Origin: Thraustochytrium aureum
Lineage: Eukaryota
NCBI GenBank assembly: GCA_012862495.1
Contig: BLSG01000153.1
Span: 62,001-91,906, forward strand
Direction: 5' to 3'
DNA: 29,906 bases
In this document: positions 1 through 11,128 of the stretch, piece after piece
How positions within the stretch are numbered: the stretch's first letter is position 1
Layout: every line of letters begins with the position of its first letter
Program-made: the position numbers and the translations under genes
Notes under the pieces: generated by a model
Seen by the model: the letters and a program-made list of their open reading frames with translations, nothing else
Databases searched by the model: none
Told to the model about the DNA's origin: nothing

Positions 1-687
1 AGCTACTACCACCCTTGCTCGACGCCGCGGTTGCTTGGAAGCGCGCCCACCGACGAGCCGCGCCGCTCGCCCCGCGCGGCGCAGCGCCTTTCACCAAACC
101 AGCCCGCCGAATTCCGTTCATCAAGCAACCAGGCGCGCCGCAGCCTCCCGTCTCGCTCATGCGAAGCGCGGCGGTAGGCGCGGGGCCCGTGTGCCCTGGC
201 TGTCCAAGCGGGCCGCCAAAGGATGGAGTGGCGCGAAGTAGCGGCCTCCTGGGCAAAGCAGGTGTGACAGACAGAAGACAGACAGACAAGAATAGGTCGA
301 CAGACTTCCACCGCAGTTTACTCCAGACAATCGCAAGACGCCAAGCAAAGCGAAACGCACCTTGCGCGGCGCCCACAGCGAGCACGCCGCCGAGCGCCGG
401 CGGCCACCGCGGGTGCCCGAGTGTAGCGTTGGCGGCCTCGAACGGCGCGTTTGGGGCGCTGGTGCTCGAAGGTGCACGATTTTGTACGCACGACCAACCT
501 CTGATTTGTGCTGCTCCTGCTGGTTGCTGCGGGTGGCCAGCTCTGCGCGAGCTGGCCAGGCCCGCAGGCGTGCGCCTTTGCCAGGCGAGCTCGCTAGCTC
601 GCTAGCTCTCCAGGTCGGAACCGAGTTTGCAGCGCGAGTGCTGTCACCCACCCCTGGCGAGTGCGCGAACGCGCCCTCAGCACAAGT

Positions 688-2091
688 ATGGCAAGCCCTG
701 GCAGCGCAACAGAGGCCGCGGCGCCGCCAGAGCGCAGGCGGCGCGCCGAAGGCAAGGGCTCTGAAGGGGATGGCAAAACAATCCGCAAGCTCTTGGCCGG
801 TGGCGGCGCTGGCGCCATATCCCGCACGTTGACCGCCCCCCTGGAACGCACCAAAGTCCTCCTGCAGACGCAAGCGGTGTCTAAAGTGCCGCTCGAGCAG
901 CAGTACAAGGGCATCGCGGACTGCCTCGTGCGCATCCCGCGCGAAGAAGGGTTTGCCGCGTACTGGCGGGGGAACGGCACCAACGTGCTGCGCATCGTGC
1001 CCAACTCTGCGATCAAGTTTGCGAGCTTCTCACGGCTCAAGGAGCTCGCGTTCCCGGACGGGGAGAGCGCGTACGAGGGCAAAGAAAAGTTTTACCGGAA
1101 AATGGTGTGCGGGGGGCTGAGCGGGGTGACCACCATCATCCCGGTGTACCCGCTCGACCTGGCACGTACCCGCCTTAGCGCGGACACGCAGAGACGGTAC
1201 TCTGGCGTGCGGCATTTGTTGCGCACCACGGTCGCGAAAGAAGGCGTTGGGGGGCTGTACAAGGGACTGGGCATCTCGTTGTGCGGAATTATGCCGTACC
1301 TGGCCATCAGTCTATCGACGTACGACACGCTCAAAGACGCGACGCGCGGCGAGGCGCACTGGGAGCACCCCCTCGGCAAGGTGGTGCTGGGCTCGTTCGC
1401 TGCCATCCTTTCGCAGTCGATCGCGTATCCAATCGACACGATTCGCCGCCACATGCAGGTGAGCGGGGCGCTGGGGCAGCAGAAAATGTACAACGGGACG
1501 TTGGACTGCATTCGGAAAATATATGCCTCGAATGGGATGCGCGGGTTTTACAAGGGCCTCTTGGCGAACGCGTCCAGGGCCGCGCCGCAGACTGGGATCG
1601 AGTTTGCGTGCTTTGATGTGATCGCCAGCTTGATCACACAGACGCAGCCTGTGATTGAGAAGCCGTTCCGCGCGCTCTCTGGCGCTGCAGGCCTCGGTCG
1701 CTTCGCGGGCGGCAGCAGCAGCAGCAGCAGTCAGGCTGGCGACGATGGCCCTGACGACGCGGACGGTGACGAGGACGAGGAGGAGGACGCGATTGCTGGG
1801 CGGAGTACTGCTGGCAGGTTAGTTCGGCGGTTTTCGACGACGCTGCCTCGCGCGGAGGAGGAGCGGGTGCATCGGGTTTTTGCTGCTGTAGCGGAGGGCT
1901 GCAACGAATCGGGCGAGATCTCTCGCGCTTGTTTGGAGCGCGCGCTAATAAAGCTTGGCTATGAAGACTATGAGATCGACGGCGTGTTGGGCACAGCGCA
2001 GGAGGTGCCGATGATCGGGTTTTTCGAGTTCCGTCGCCTCTGCCAGGACCGAAAGGTGCTAGACTACCTCGAGCAATACAACGATCAGTAG
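688..2091 (+). CDS. Mitochondrial carrier family (SLC25) protein, adenine-nucleotide carrier-like, with C-terminal EF-hand-like extension
   Basis: First ATG at 688, TAG at 2089-2091. Three Px[D/E]xx[K/R] signatures (PLERTK, PLDLAR, PIDTIR). ADP/ATP-carrier-like segments QYKGIADCLVRIPREEG..WRGN, YPLDLARTRLSAD and MYNGTLDC. The ANT RRRMMM motif is replaced by RRHMQV, so no ANT symbol is assigned. Confidence 0.93.
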   Translation: MASPGSATEAAAPPERRRRAEGKGSEGDGKTIRKLLAGGGAGAISRTLTAPLERTKVLLQTQAVSKVPLEQQYKGIADCLVRIPREEGFAAYWRGNGTNVLRIVPNSAIKFASFSRLKELAFPDGESAYEGKEKFYRKMVCGGLSGVTTIIPVYPLDLARTRLSADTQRRYSGVRHLLRTTVAKEGVGGLYKGLGISLCGIMPYLAISLSTYDTLKDATRGEAHWEHPLGKVVLGSFAAILSQSIAYPIDTIRRHMQVSGALGQQKMYNGTLDCIRKIYASNGMRGFYKGLLANASRAAPQTGIEFACFDVIASLITQTQPVIEKPFRALSGAAGLGRFAGGSSSSSSQAGDDGPDDADGDEDEEEDAIAGRSTAGRLVRRFSTTLPRAEEERVHRVFAAVAEGCNESGEISRACLERALIKLGYEDYEIDGVLGTAQEVPMIGFFEFRRLCQDRKVLDYLEQYNDQ

Positions 2092-2428
2092 CCGCTCTAG
2101 CCTCGTGCCGCGGCGACGGCCGCCGCCTAGCCCAGAGCAGCTTGGCTGGCCTACACGATACGGCGGTGCATTGCAGAGCTTGCGGTCGTCGCACGAGGCC
2201 GAGAGCGCAGCTCGGACCCCGTCCAGGGCGGCGGCGGGGCCAGGAGCGTCTGCATGGCAGTGTTACCCAGGGCCGGCCGGCCGGACAGCCCTCTGAGCGT
2301 CACCTTTAGTCGGTAGAAATGCCCTGTCTCAAACCAAACAGGCGTCCGCCTTCCGAGGGACAGAGAGCAAGAAAGCAATCGCACAGAGACAGTAATGTAC
2401 ACGACCTAATCGCTCGATTCGCTCGCCC

Positions 2429-3632
2429 TCAGATCACCCGCACAATTGCACCATGCGGCGCCGAGTACGGATGGTCAGAAACGGCAAGTCGTTGCGCGAT
2501 AAGCGCCGGGGCAGCTTGCGAGTCTTGGGCTGGGAGCTCGACGAGCGGGACCGGCCCCATGCACATCGGGCAGGCCATGTTGCGCTCAAGCCACGCGTCC
2601 ACGCACACGGCATGGTAAAAGTGCTTGCAGGGCAGCACCTTGATGTCTACGCCGTCCACGAGGTCGTCCTGGCAGATCACGCACAGGTCTGCGTCGGGGT
2701 CGTCCACGAATCTAGCACTGCCAAGCTCGATCTGCACAAACGACTCTGCTGTGGTCGTAGCGTTGCTAGAAGCTCCGACTGGTGGCTCGACCTTGCCCTC
2801 CACCGCCGCGGCCGAGCCACGACCCACAGGCTTGGGCGGCCCTGGCGAGGCGAGGTCAGCGCCCATCTTTCGGGGCCCTGCTCACCCGCCGTTGCCCTGT
2901 CGGTCGGGTGTACGNNNNNNNNNNNNNNNNNNNNNNNNNNNNNNNNNNNNNNNNNNNNNNNNNNNNNNNNNNNNNNNNNNNNNNNNNNNNNNNNNNNNNN
3001 NNNNNNNNNNNNNNNNNNNNNNNNNNNNNNNNNNNNNNNNNNNNNNNNNNNNNNNNNNNNNNNNNNNNNNNNNNNNNNNNNNNNNNNNNNNNNNNNNNNN
3101 NNNNNNNNNNNNNCTGCACAAAGTCGAGGGTGAAAGTTGCGCCCATGTCCTGCGCATAGGGCGAGTTGCCCAGCGTGACAGAGAGGTGCTCGCGCACGAT
3201 CTCGCGACCCCACCTGGCTCCCGCGACCTGCACCACGGCGAGCAAGGTCTCCATCGCGAAGGCGAGGTACATCCCAATTAGTACGTCGCGGCGATCTCCG
3301 GCAGAGCCTTGGTACACGAGCACAAGCTCGCGGGTCTGCAGCAGAGTATTAATAATGTAGAGGCACACCGAGACCTGGCAGCAAAAGTAAAAACATGCGA
3401 GCGTGTCCCGATTGAGCCTCTGGCTGCCGATAAGCCCGCAGTACGCGACGCCGATCGAGAGCGGAATGGAGAAGGACGTGTTTGGGTAGGCGGCCAACGA
3501 CACGCTCAGCACAAACCTTACCAGGTAAATCATCAGCATCCCAAGCGACGCCAGGCGAATCATCGACCGGAGCGTGTCCTTGCGGGCCTCCATCCTCTGC
3601 CGCTCCGTGCCGGCGTCCGCCGCGTCGGCCAT
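2429..3632 (-). CDS. Multi-pass membrane protein with C-terminal RING-H2 finger (putative E3 ubiquitin ligase), interrupted by an assembly gap
   Basis: The 5' part (3632-3114) has about four hydrophobic stretches. The 3' part has CVIC..LPCKHFYHAVCVDAWLERNMACPMC (C3H2C3). The two parts flank gap 2915-3113; joining them is inferred. Confidence 0.8.
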
Positions 3633-3871
3633 GGCCCGTGTGCAAGGCAGAAGGAAAACCTGATTCTGAAGTGCTCAACTTGTTCTTCGAGTGCCAAAGG
3701 GCGCGCTCGCGGGGGCGGTGCCAGCCCACCAACGCAAGCGCGGGAAGCTGCCTCCCGCAGGGAATCGCCTCTCGCCGCCTGATACGCACCGCGCGCCTGC
3801 TCGCGCTCTCCCGTGCGCTGTTCGGAGTCCGCTTGGCTTCATCCTTCGGACATTTGCCGAGAAAATCGGCT

Positions 3872-3927
3872 TTCAATCGATTGAATGTAATTTAATTCAT
3901 TAATCGATTGTCACATGCCAATCGATT
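3872..3927. promoter_or_regulatory. AT-rich candidate bidirectional promoter with three AATCGATT palindromes
   Basis: AATCGATT at 3875-3882 (inside the perfect palindrome TTCAATCGATTGAA, 3872-3885), 3902-3909 and 3920-3927, between divergently oriented genes. Confidence 0.4.
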
Positions 3928-4132
3928 TTTCACCGGTTGGGCCGAACAAACGAAGGCGCGAGGACTGGATCTATCTGGTCGTGTCATGGCAGCAGCAGAG
4001 CAGCGCCGGTAGAAAGAGCTCACGTTCTCGCGACCAATCCCCTCCAGCTGCAGGGCGGCGAAAGAGGCGCTGGATGCCGTCGAGGCTCTCGTGGCCTTGC
4101 TGGCGGCCTCACGGTGGTGATCCTGGGCTGGA

Positions 4133-7100
4133 ATGGCTTGGGTGGACGTGTCGAGACAGGGCGGGGGAAGGGCGTCCCCTCGCCCCGGACGTTTCACACC
4201 TGTACAATGGTCCACGACGACGGCAGGGCGGTGCTGATTGGAGGCACGGACGGGGAGAAGCTGCTGAATGATGTTCATGTTCTTGAGGTGGATGGCGGCG
4301 AGGGCGGCGCTGGGGCGACGCTGGGATGGGTCGAGTTTTCGCTGTGGGAAAGCGGGTCCCGCAACGTGCTGACTCCTCGCGCGAGGCACTCAGCGGTGCA
4401 CATCAATGGCATGATATACGTTTTTGGGGGCATCGGCGGCGGGGAGAGCCTGTTTGCTCTCGACTTGCAGAAACGTCGCTGGGTGCGGCTCAAGACGATT
4501 GGGCGCGGGCCGCTGGCGCGGTTTGCCCACTCGGCAGTGGCCGTGCGCGACTCGATGTACGTAGTCGGCGGCCACTCAGGGACCTCATTCCTGCACGACG
4601 TGTACCGTTTCTGCACAAGCACGCGGCGCTGGTACCAGATCTCGCTTCTGACGACAACGCGACTGCCCCCTTCACTCAACTACACCGCGTGCCGCATTGG
4701 CGACGAGATCCTCGTCTTGGGCGACGGCCACGTTGGCGCGCCCATCGACCACGTCTGGGTGCTGCGGCGGCCAGCGGCAGCAATCGCATCCAGCTCGACG
4801 CAGGCCGCAGCGATAGACAGCTCCCACGCCAACCACATCCACCGCTGGCAGCGCCTCACGATCNNNNNNNNNNNNNNNNNNNNNNNNNNNNNNNNNNNNN
4901 NNNNNNNNNNNNNNNNNNNNNNNNNNNNNNNNNNNNNNNNNNNNNNNNNNNNNNNNNNNNNNNNNNNNNNNNNNNNNNNNNNNNNNNNNNNNNNNNNNNN
5001 NNNNNNNNNNNNNNNNNNNNNNNNNNNNNNNNNNNNNNNNNNNNNNNNNNNNNNNNNNNNNNNNNNNNNNNNNNNTAGCGCGAAGAGGGCGCCGCGCGTC
5101 ACACTCGGAGCGACCTGTTTTGCCTGCGAGGTCCCCGTGGCTCGCTTCGCCCTTGCGGGCCCTGCGACGCAGGCCATATTTCTTCTATGCGGCTCCCTCG
5201 GAGAAGTGGCCTTGCGAGCCAGAGGGAACGGCGGCGCCCTCCCCCCCTCGCCAAACGCCTCGCTCTGGAAACTCTGCCTGCCACTCACCGCGCCAGGGGC
5301 GCTCCAGGCGCCAGACACTGCCAAAGCACCCCTCGCCTGGACGTCGATTCCATTAATGGGGGACCTCCCGCCCGTGCGCGTGGGCACGGCGTTCTGCGCT
5401 GTGGACGCAACAGAGGCCGCCTTTGCGCTTGTTGCCGTGGGCGGCACGATTTCCCCGTACGAGGACGCCATGGAGCCAGGGAGCGGCGCCTTGGCCAACA
5501 AGCGAGGTGCACGCGGCCAGGCCACCCGCCGCCGCAACCCGCGCGAGGATTCCGTTGACGAGATGTCTGCTGCATCCAGCTCCAACTCCGACTCTGACCG
5601 CGACCTCGACTCGCTCGAGGACGACGACGACGACGACGACGATGCAGTGAACTCGGACGCTCTCGACGACGGCGAAGCCCGTCTCAGCGGGCTTGGCAAC
5701 TGGCACGTCAGGCCCTCCAGTCGCCTGCAGGCAGACGATGTCGCAGCCGGAGCCTGGGAGATGCAACGGTTTCAGAGGCCTGCGCAGGACAACACCTACC
5801 AGCACAGCCTGTTCCAGCGCGCGCAAAAGACCCACCCTTTTGATCAGTTCGGGCTCCAGGATGTGCAGCGGTTTTTCAGCTGCGGCGTGCATGTCCTCGA
5901 CACTGACGCGCGCCTGCGTTGGTCGGCCGTCCCGGCGGCCTCCAAGGCACCCCTGGCGCGCCAGGGGCTCACGCTGACTCGCATCCCCGCAGAGCTTTTC
6001 AGCGCCGGGGACCCTTGGCCTGCGCGGACGGCGTCGCCAGCTATCGAGAGGTACTTGGTCATCGGCGGGGACAACGGCGCGTCTGGCGCGCTCTGGGACG
6101 CTCACGTTCTGGAGCGGCAAATCGCGCAACGCCCCCCGGCTCAGCTGGGGTTGCCAGCACACATGGTGAAGCGTGGCCCCGGCCCAATTCAGACGGCACC
6201 CGCGCCTCTTCTGCAGGACGAGGACCGCTGGACTTGGGTCTTCCCGCCGATCGACGTTGACGTGAGCAGCCCGGAGGACAGGCCCTCCAAGGGGACGGGC
6301 GGCCCGCAGTTAGCAAGCGCGCTCGCCAGGTTTGGGCCCACACGCGGAGTGGCCTACGCCGTACACGACGGAGCAGCGTTGACCGGTTCGAGCAGCCCTG
6401 TTGGAGCCGTCGGCCGGATCAGCGCTGCGCCGCGCTCGAGGGCGGCGCTTGTCGTCCCGCCCGCGATGACCTCGCACACGGCTACCTTCTTCGGCAGCCC
6501 GATCACAAAGTGTTTGTGTTCGGGGGGGGCGACCTCTTCTCTGTCACAGACGCGCTCTGGGGTCCTCCACATGACCCCGCAGGGCGTCTGGTACTGGGAG
6601 CGTGCAAGCCCACCGCGGCTGCAGGCGCACTCGCGGCACGGCGCGGGCGGCGTCTCCGAGCGCGCTTACGTGCGCGGNNNNNNNNNNNNNNNNNNNNNNN
6701 NNNNNNNNNNNNNNNNNNNNNNNNNNNNNNNNNNNNNNNNNNNNNNNNNNNNNNNNNNNNNNNNNNNNNNNNNNNNNNNNNNNNNNNNNNNNNNNNNNNN
6801 NNNNNNNNNNNNNNNNNNNNNNNNNNNNNNNNNNNNNNNNNNNNNNNNNNNNNNNNNNNNNNNNNNNNNNNNNNNNNNNNNNNNNNNNNNNNNNNNNNNN
6901 NNNNNNNNNNNNNNNNNNNNNNNNNNNNNNCCGTCCTCTGCGGCCTTTGAGCCCCGCATGGGCCACAGTGCGGTGGCCGTGGAGTCGCTCGGTCAGATTC
7001 TAGTGTTTGGCGGCTGCTTGCGAGGCAAGGTCGCAGGCATCTCGGCGCCCGCGGACGCTGGCGGCCAGGAGGCGAAGCTTGCGCTTAGCAACAGCCTTTA

Positions 7101-7586
7101 CGAGTTTGACCCTCGCAGGGGCCACCACCAGTGGCGCTTGCTCAACGACGAGTGTTCTGGGGAACCACCGACGCCGCGCTACGGGCACGGCTGCGTCTTA
7201 ATTCAATACGACGGGCGGAACCGGGACCAGCTCGTCGTTTTCGGCGGGTTCGGGTTCGGCCGCGGGCCACACCACAGCCTCACGGAGCCCGTGCCGCTCA
7301 GCGATCTGCTCCTCTTGACATTGCCACAATGTCGTGGAGCACGGCCAGAATAGACGCTGCCGACGCGGTACCTCGCGGTGTCCGGCCTCCCGCAAACCAG
7401 GGCGCGTCTGAGCGCGAGGGCGCTACGGCGCCGTCCCCGCGTTGGCGAATGGGGATATGTGGCGGAGCGCGCCCAACAGAGCTCTTACTTTTTGGCGGAA
7501 CGAGCGACGCCTCCGACGCCCAACGAGCGTACCTCCTGGACACGCGCCACGTGACCAGGTTCGCCGCCGGGCAGGTCTCGAGCTAG
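4133..7586 (+). CDS. Kelch-repeat (beta-propeller) protein, two gaps and several apparent frameshifts
   Basis: Repeated kelch motifs: PSPRTFHTC..VLIGG, PRARHSAVH..IYVFGG, ARFAHSAV..MYVVGG, PRMGHSAV..ILVFGG, PRYGHGC..VVFGG. The last repeat continues in another frame (DIATMSW..APSPRWRMG..LLLFGGT) to TAG at 7586. The start is uncertain; ATG 4133 (MAWVDVSRQGG) needs a frameshift near 4165. Confidence 0.8.
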
Positions 7587-8019
7587 AGAGAAAGGCTGCC
7601 GCATCGGGGACTCGTCACTCAAATCCGCGACACGCCCGCGCATCCCAACGGCCCGACGCGCGCCCAGCCGGCCGAGCACCTCAAGTTGGAGGCTCAATCA
7701 AAAGCATTTACTCAGCGGGATGCAGGCGCGGCGCGGACCTTGCCCTGCCCGACCCAGCCGCGCAACCTCCCACAGTAGCTTTAGCGGAACGAGTTCCGCT
7801 TTCCCACCAACCCAGCACCATCACCTGGAGCGGTATCGCCTGAGGAACGCATTGCCGGCGCGGACCTTCTGGGCACCTCCTGGCCCAGCAGTGCTACCTT
7901 GCGTAGTGGATGTTGCGGAACGCTTCACGGAATCGATCCGTTCTGTGCGGTACTGTGGCTTTGGGGATGCTGCTCCAGCTCGCCGATGTGGAGGGCGCCT
8001 TGGCAGACCCGAGTGGACT

Positions 8020-8021
8020 GG

Positions 8022-8051
<30 letters not shown>
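8020..8051. repeat. (GGCA)8 microsatellite
   Basis: Eight perfect GGCA units read directly, upstream of the docking-complex gene. Confidence 0.95.
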
Positions 8052-8052
<1 letters not shown>

Positions 8053-8243
8053 CTAGGCATACAAGTCAGACTGCCGTACTGACGGACTTGCAGGCAGCGA
8101 GCAGCAGCCGCTTGGACCAGCGCGCGAGAATCATCCACGGCGCTTTGGTTGTCGACGTGCAAGCCCTCGATTCGCCTAGCTGCTTGGCGCACGCTGTGGA
8201 GTCGTGGTGCTGCGAAAGAGCGTGGCTGACGAGGACGAGGACG

Positions 8244-10195
8244 ATGGCAATGGCTGCGGGGTTTAGCGACCCGGTGCCGCAGGTCACGGACGCAGAGCTG
8301 AGCGAGCTACGGCGCAAGTTTCAACTGCTCGAAGGCGACCGCAAGGCGTACTATGAAAACTCGATGCGGAGCATGAAAGAGAACAAGACGCTGATCAGCG
8401 AGATGCGCGATCGCAACAAGGCGATGCGCGTCGAGCTCAAGCAACTCCGCAAGCAGAACGCGCAGGTGACGCGTGCACCAACGAGGAGGTTGGCAAGCTC
8501 GAGAAACACGTGGGCATGATCCGCCGCAATCTAGACACGGTGAAAGCCGGCGTTGACGCCAAGCGCCACGAGCTCGAGGAGCTGCGCGACAAGGCCAGCG
8601 AGCTCGAAGCAGAAGGCGCCGCTCGCGCCGGGAACCTGCACCTCGCCATGACCACGTCGCCCGAGACGGCCAAGAAAATTCGCTCGCTCGAGAACCGGCT
8701 GGACAGGTCCATCATCAAGTACAACGAAGCCCAGAGCATCCGCAAAACGTACGAGCAAATCGTCGAGAGGCTCAAGGAGGAGCGCGACGGCTTTGACAGC
8801 CAACTCGGCGCCGTGGAGCGCACCATCAAGGCCAAGGATCGCGACTTGGTGGAGCTGCGCAACCTTGCCGGGGACGCGCTCCAAGCGAAAGACATGATGG
8901 CCAAGGACCTCGCGCGGTCGCAAGAGAACATTGACACAGAGCGCAAGCACCGCGAGCGCGAGCTGCGGCGCAAACGCCAGCTTGCAGAATCGGCGCGGAA
9001 CCTGGCTTCTTCCGTCGAACGGATGGGCCGGAACCACGTCGACATTATGCAGCGCGTCTCTGGCGACATGAGCAAGGCCGAGGAGGAGCGCCTTCGCCAA
9101 GCGCACGTGCTCAACAAGATCTCGAGCGCGGCGACCCAGCTTGCGCCGGAGAACACAGAAAAGCTCGACAAGTACGAGATCGCCTTCGCCAAGATCATGA
9201 AGATCGCTGGCGTGCAGGACATCAACGACATAACCACAAAGATCCTCGGCCAGAGCGACACGCGGGCCAACCTGCAAGAGCTCGCCGACGACAACGCGGA
9301 GAAGATTGCGGCGAAGACGAAGGAGGAGAACGAGATGCGCCTCATGCTGGAGGAAATGCGGTTCACGGGAATCCACCGCGGGGGTGTTACGACGCGCAAG
9401 CGGATCGACGAGATGGAAGACGCTCTCATGGCTGCGCGCAGCGTGCTCGAGCAGCGCAAGCACAAGCATGATGCGGCTGCCGAGCTGTTGCTCAACGCTC
9501 AGGCCGGGGTGCGACACTTGTTGGACAAAGTCAAGGCGGTGCGGGGGGCCGAAGCGAAGGCGCTCGCGCTCAACCGTGACACGCTCGTGCAGGGCCTGCG
9601 CACGTGTGAGGAGGCTCTTCTTGGGGTCTACAGCAGGATGAATCTCGAGACGAGCTCCGTGCCGGCCTCACAGGCCGCTTGGAATGAGGTCGGAGCCGCA
9701 AAAGACGGCGCGCTCGACCTCGTCCGTACGCCGCGGGACAGTGGCGAGGATGTCGACGTCCTCGCGGTTATGCCGTTCAACCAGCGCGTGCGACTGCGCG
9801 ATGAGGATGGCAAGCCCTCCGCCGACGATTCGTATGCTCGAGTCTTGCGCATCACCAACGGCGAAGAAGCCAAGGGGTATGACGAGGAAGATATGGACGG
9901 CGACGACGGGTCTGTCGTCTCTGACCTTTCGGTCGGTTCGGCCGGTAACGACGCCAATGACCCAGCCAATCCAATCTCGCGCGAGCACATCAAGCAGGCG
10001 TCCCGAATTATTCTGCGCCAACGGCAGGCATCTCGTTCCTCGCAGGTCCCTCGCGAGCTCAAGTCTCCCGTTTCGCCATCGTCTCCAAGCACTGCGCCGC
10101 GCCGACGCCGCTCGAACGCAGCAGCTAGTCCCACGTCTGGCCGCGCCGGACCGAGCAGTCGTCCGCGTCAGGCTCGTGCCCGCGTACAGCGGTAA
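8244..10195 (+). CDS. ODAD3: Outer dynein arm docking complex subunit, CCDC151/ODAD3-like coiled-coil protein (frameshift near 8450-8500)
   Basis: N-terminal ELRRKFQLLEGDRKAYYENS and internal IRSLENRLDRSIIKYNEAQSIRKTYEQIVERLKEER match the ODA-DC family, with a long coiled coil. The two ORF pieces join by one frameshift. The paralog CCDC114/ODAD1 is not fully excluded. Confidence 0.8.
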
Positions 10196-10497
10196 TCAAC
10201 AAGTTTGCAATCCCAGAGCATCTGTTTCGTTCCCGTGCGTGTCGCCGCCTTTGCGCGTAGCCGAAGGCCTCGCCGTCGTCCAGAACATGTGCGGCTCGTT
10301 GTGCGAGCGACCAAGCGCGTTGCGATCGTTGCGCTGCTGGCAAGCGCGACTGCGCTGTGTATTGGCTTGAAAAAACCAGCTCCGAGTCCTTGCGAGAGAA
10401 ACCAAACGCATCGCCGCACGTTCAGCTCCAGGCGGCCACAACCTCGCCAAAAGGGCGCTGCGCTCGCCGTACACGGCAGCAAAGCATCGATAACCGC

Positions 10498-10549
10498 GCC
10501 CTCGCAGCAAGCCCTCGCAGCAAGCCCTCGCAGCAAGCCCTCGCAGCAA
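10498..10549. repeat. Tandem repeat, 4 x 13 bp GCCCTCGCAGCAA
   Basis: Four perfect adjacent copies at 10498, 10511, 10524 and 10537, with no spacers. Confidence 0.95.
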
Positions 10550-10751
10550 GCAGAGCACGCAAGCCCCTTGCGGCATCGGGCGCAAAGCCAAACAAAGTGC
10601 ACGCGGAATCGGCAGGGCCGAATTCCGCCCCAATCGCGCTCCATAGCGTTTCGCGTTCCGCAATAAATAAACCTATTGATTGATTTGTGTGCACGTGAGG
10701 CGTAAGCCACTTGCCGCCAACACCAGACCAGCGAGTAGACCCGCAACAGAG

Positions 10752-10799
10752 CAGCAGCAGCAGCAGGAGCAGCAGCAGCAGCAGGAGGAGGAGGAGGAG
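10752..10799. repeat. Compound trinucleotide repeat (CAG)5 GAG (CAG)5 (GAG)5
   Basis: Read directly; intergenic, upstream of the myosin gene. Confidence 0.92.
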
Positions 10800-11128
10800 C
10801 TAGAGCAGGCGCTGCGGGTGCGAGCCGCCCGCGCGCGTCGGCGATCCTCGCGAGCCCCTGCGCGAGCCGGGCTTCCGGCGCGTCTCGCTTTTTGCGCGCG
10901 TGTCCGAGTCTCGTCTGTTCTGTTCACCCCCTCGTCTCTGCGCACTCCACTTACCCTCAACTGCCACCGCCCCTCCCCTCCCGCTTCCCCCTAGCGAGCA
11001 GGCGAGCTGGTGCGTGGCGGAGGGAGCGCGCGGGAAGACACGGTGCTGGAGCTGGCAGCGAGCGCTGACGCACGCCGGCGCGCGTGCTGTTTGGGCACAG
11101 AGCGCGGGAGCTGGACCAGCACGCGAAT

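Noticed and set aside
6..660. Short ORFs at the window start
   Set aside because: Low-complexity translations with no motifs; likely promoter/UTR of the carrier gene.
8466..8485. 20-nt GT..AG mini-intron that would repair the docking-subunit frameshift
   Set aside because: It fits this one site, but the myosin site at about 11356 needs a base added within a conserved motif and cannot be fixed by splicing. An indel error explains all sites more simply.
10498..10549. Possible CRISPR-like array
   Set aside because: Units are 13 bp, directly adjacent with no spacers, with no cas genes and in a eukaryotic context; a simple tandem repeat.
10680..10994. PolyQ/polyE ORF over the CAG/GAG repeat
   Set aside because: No ATG start and no motif; better explained as an intergenic microsatellite.
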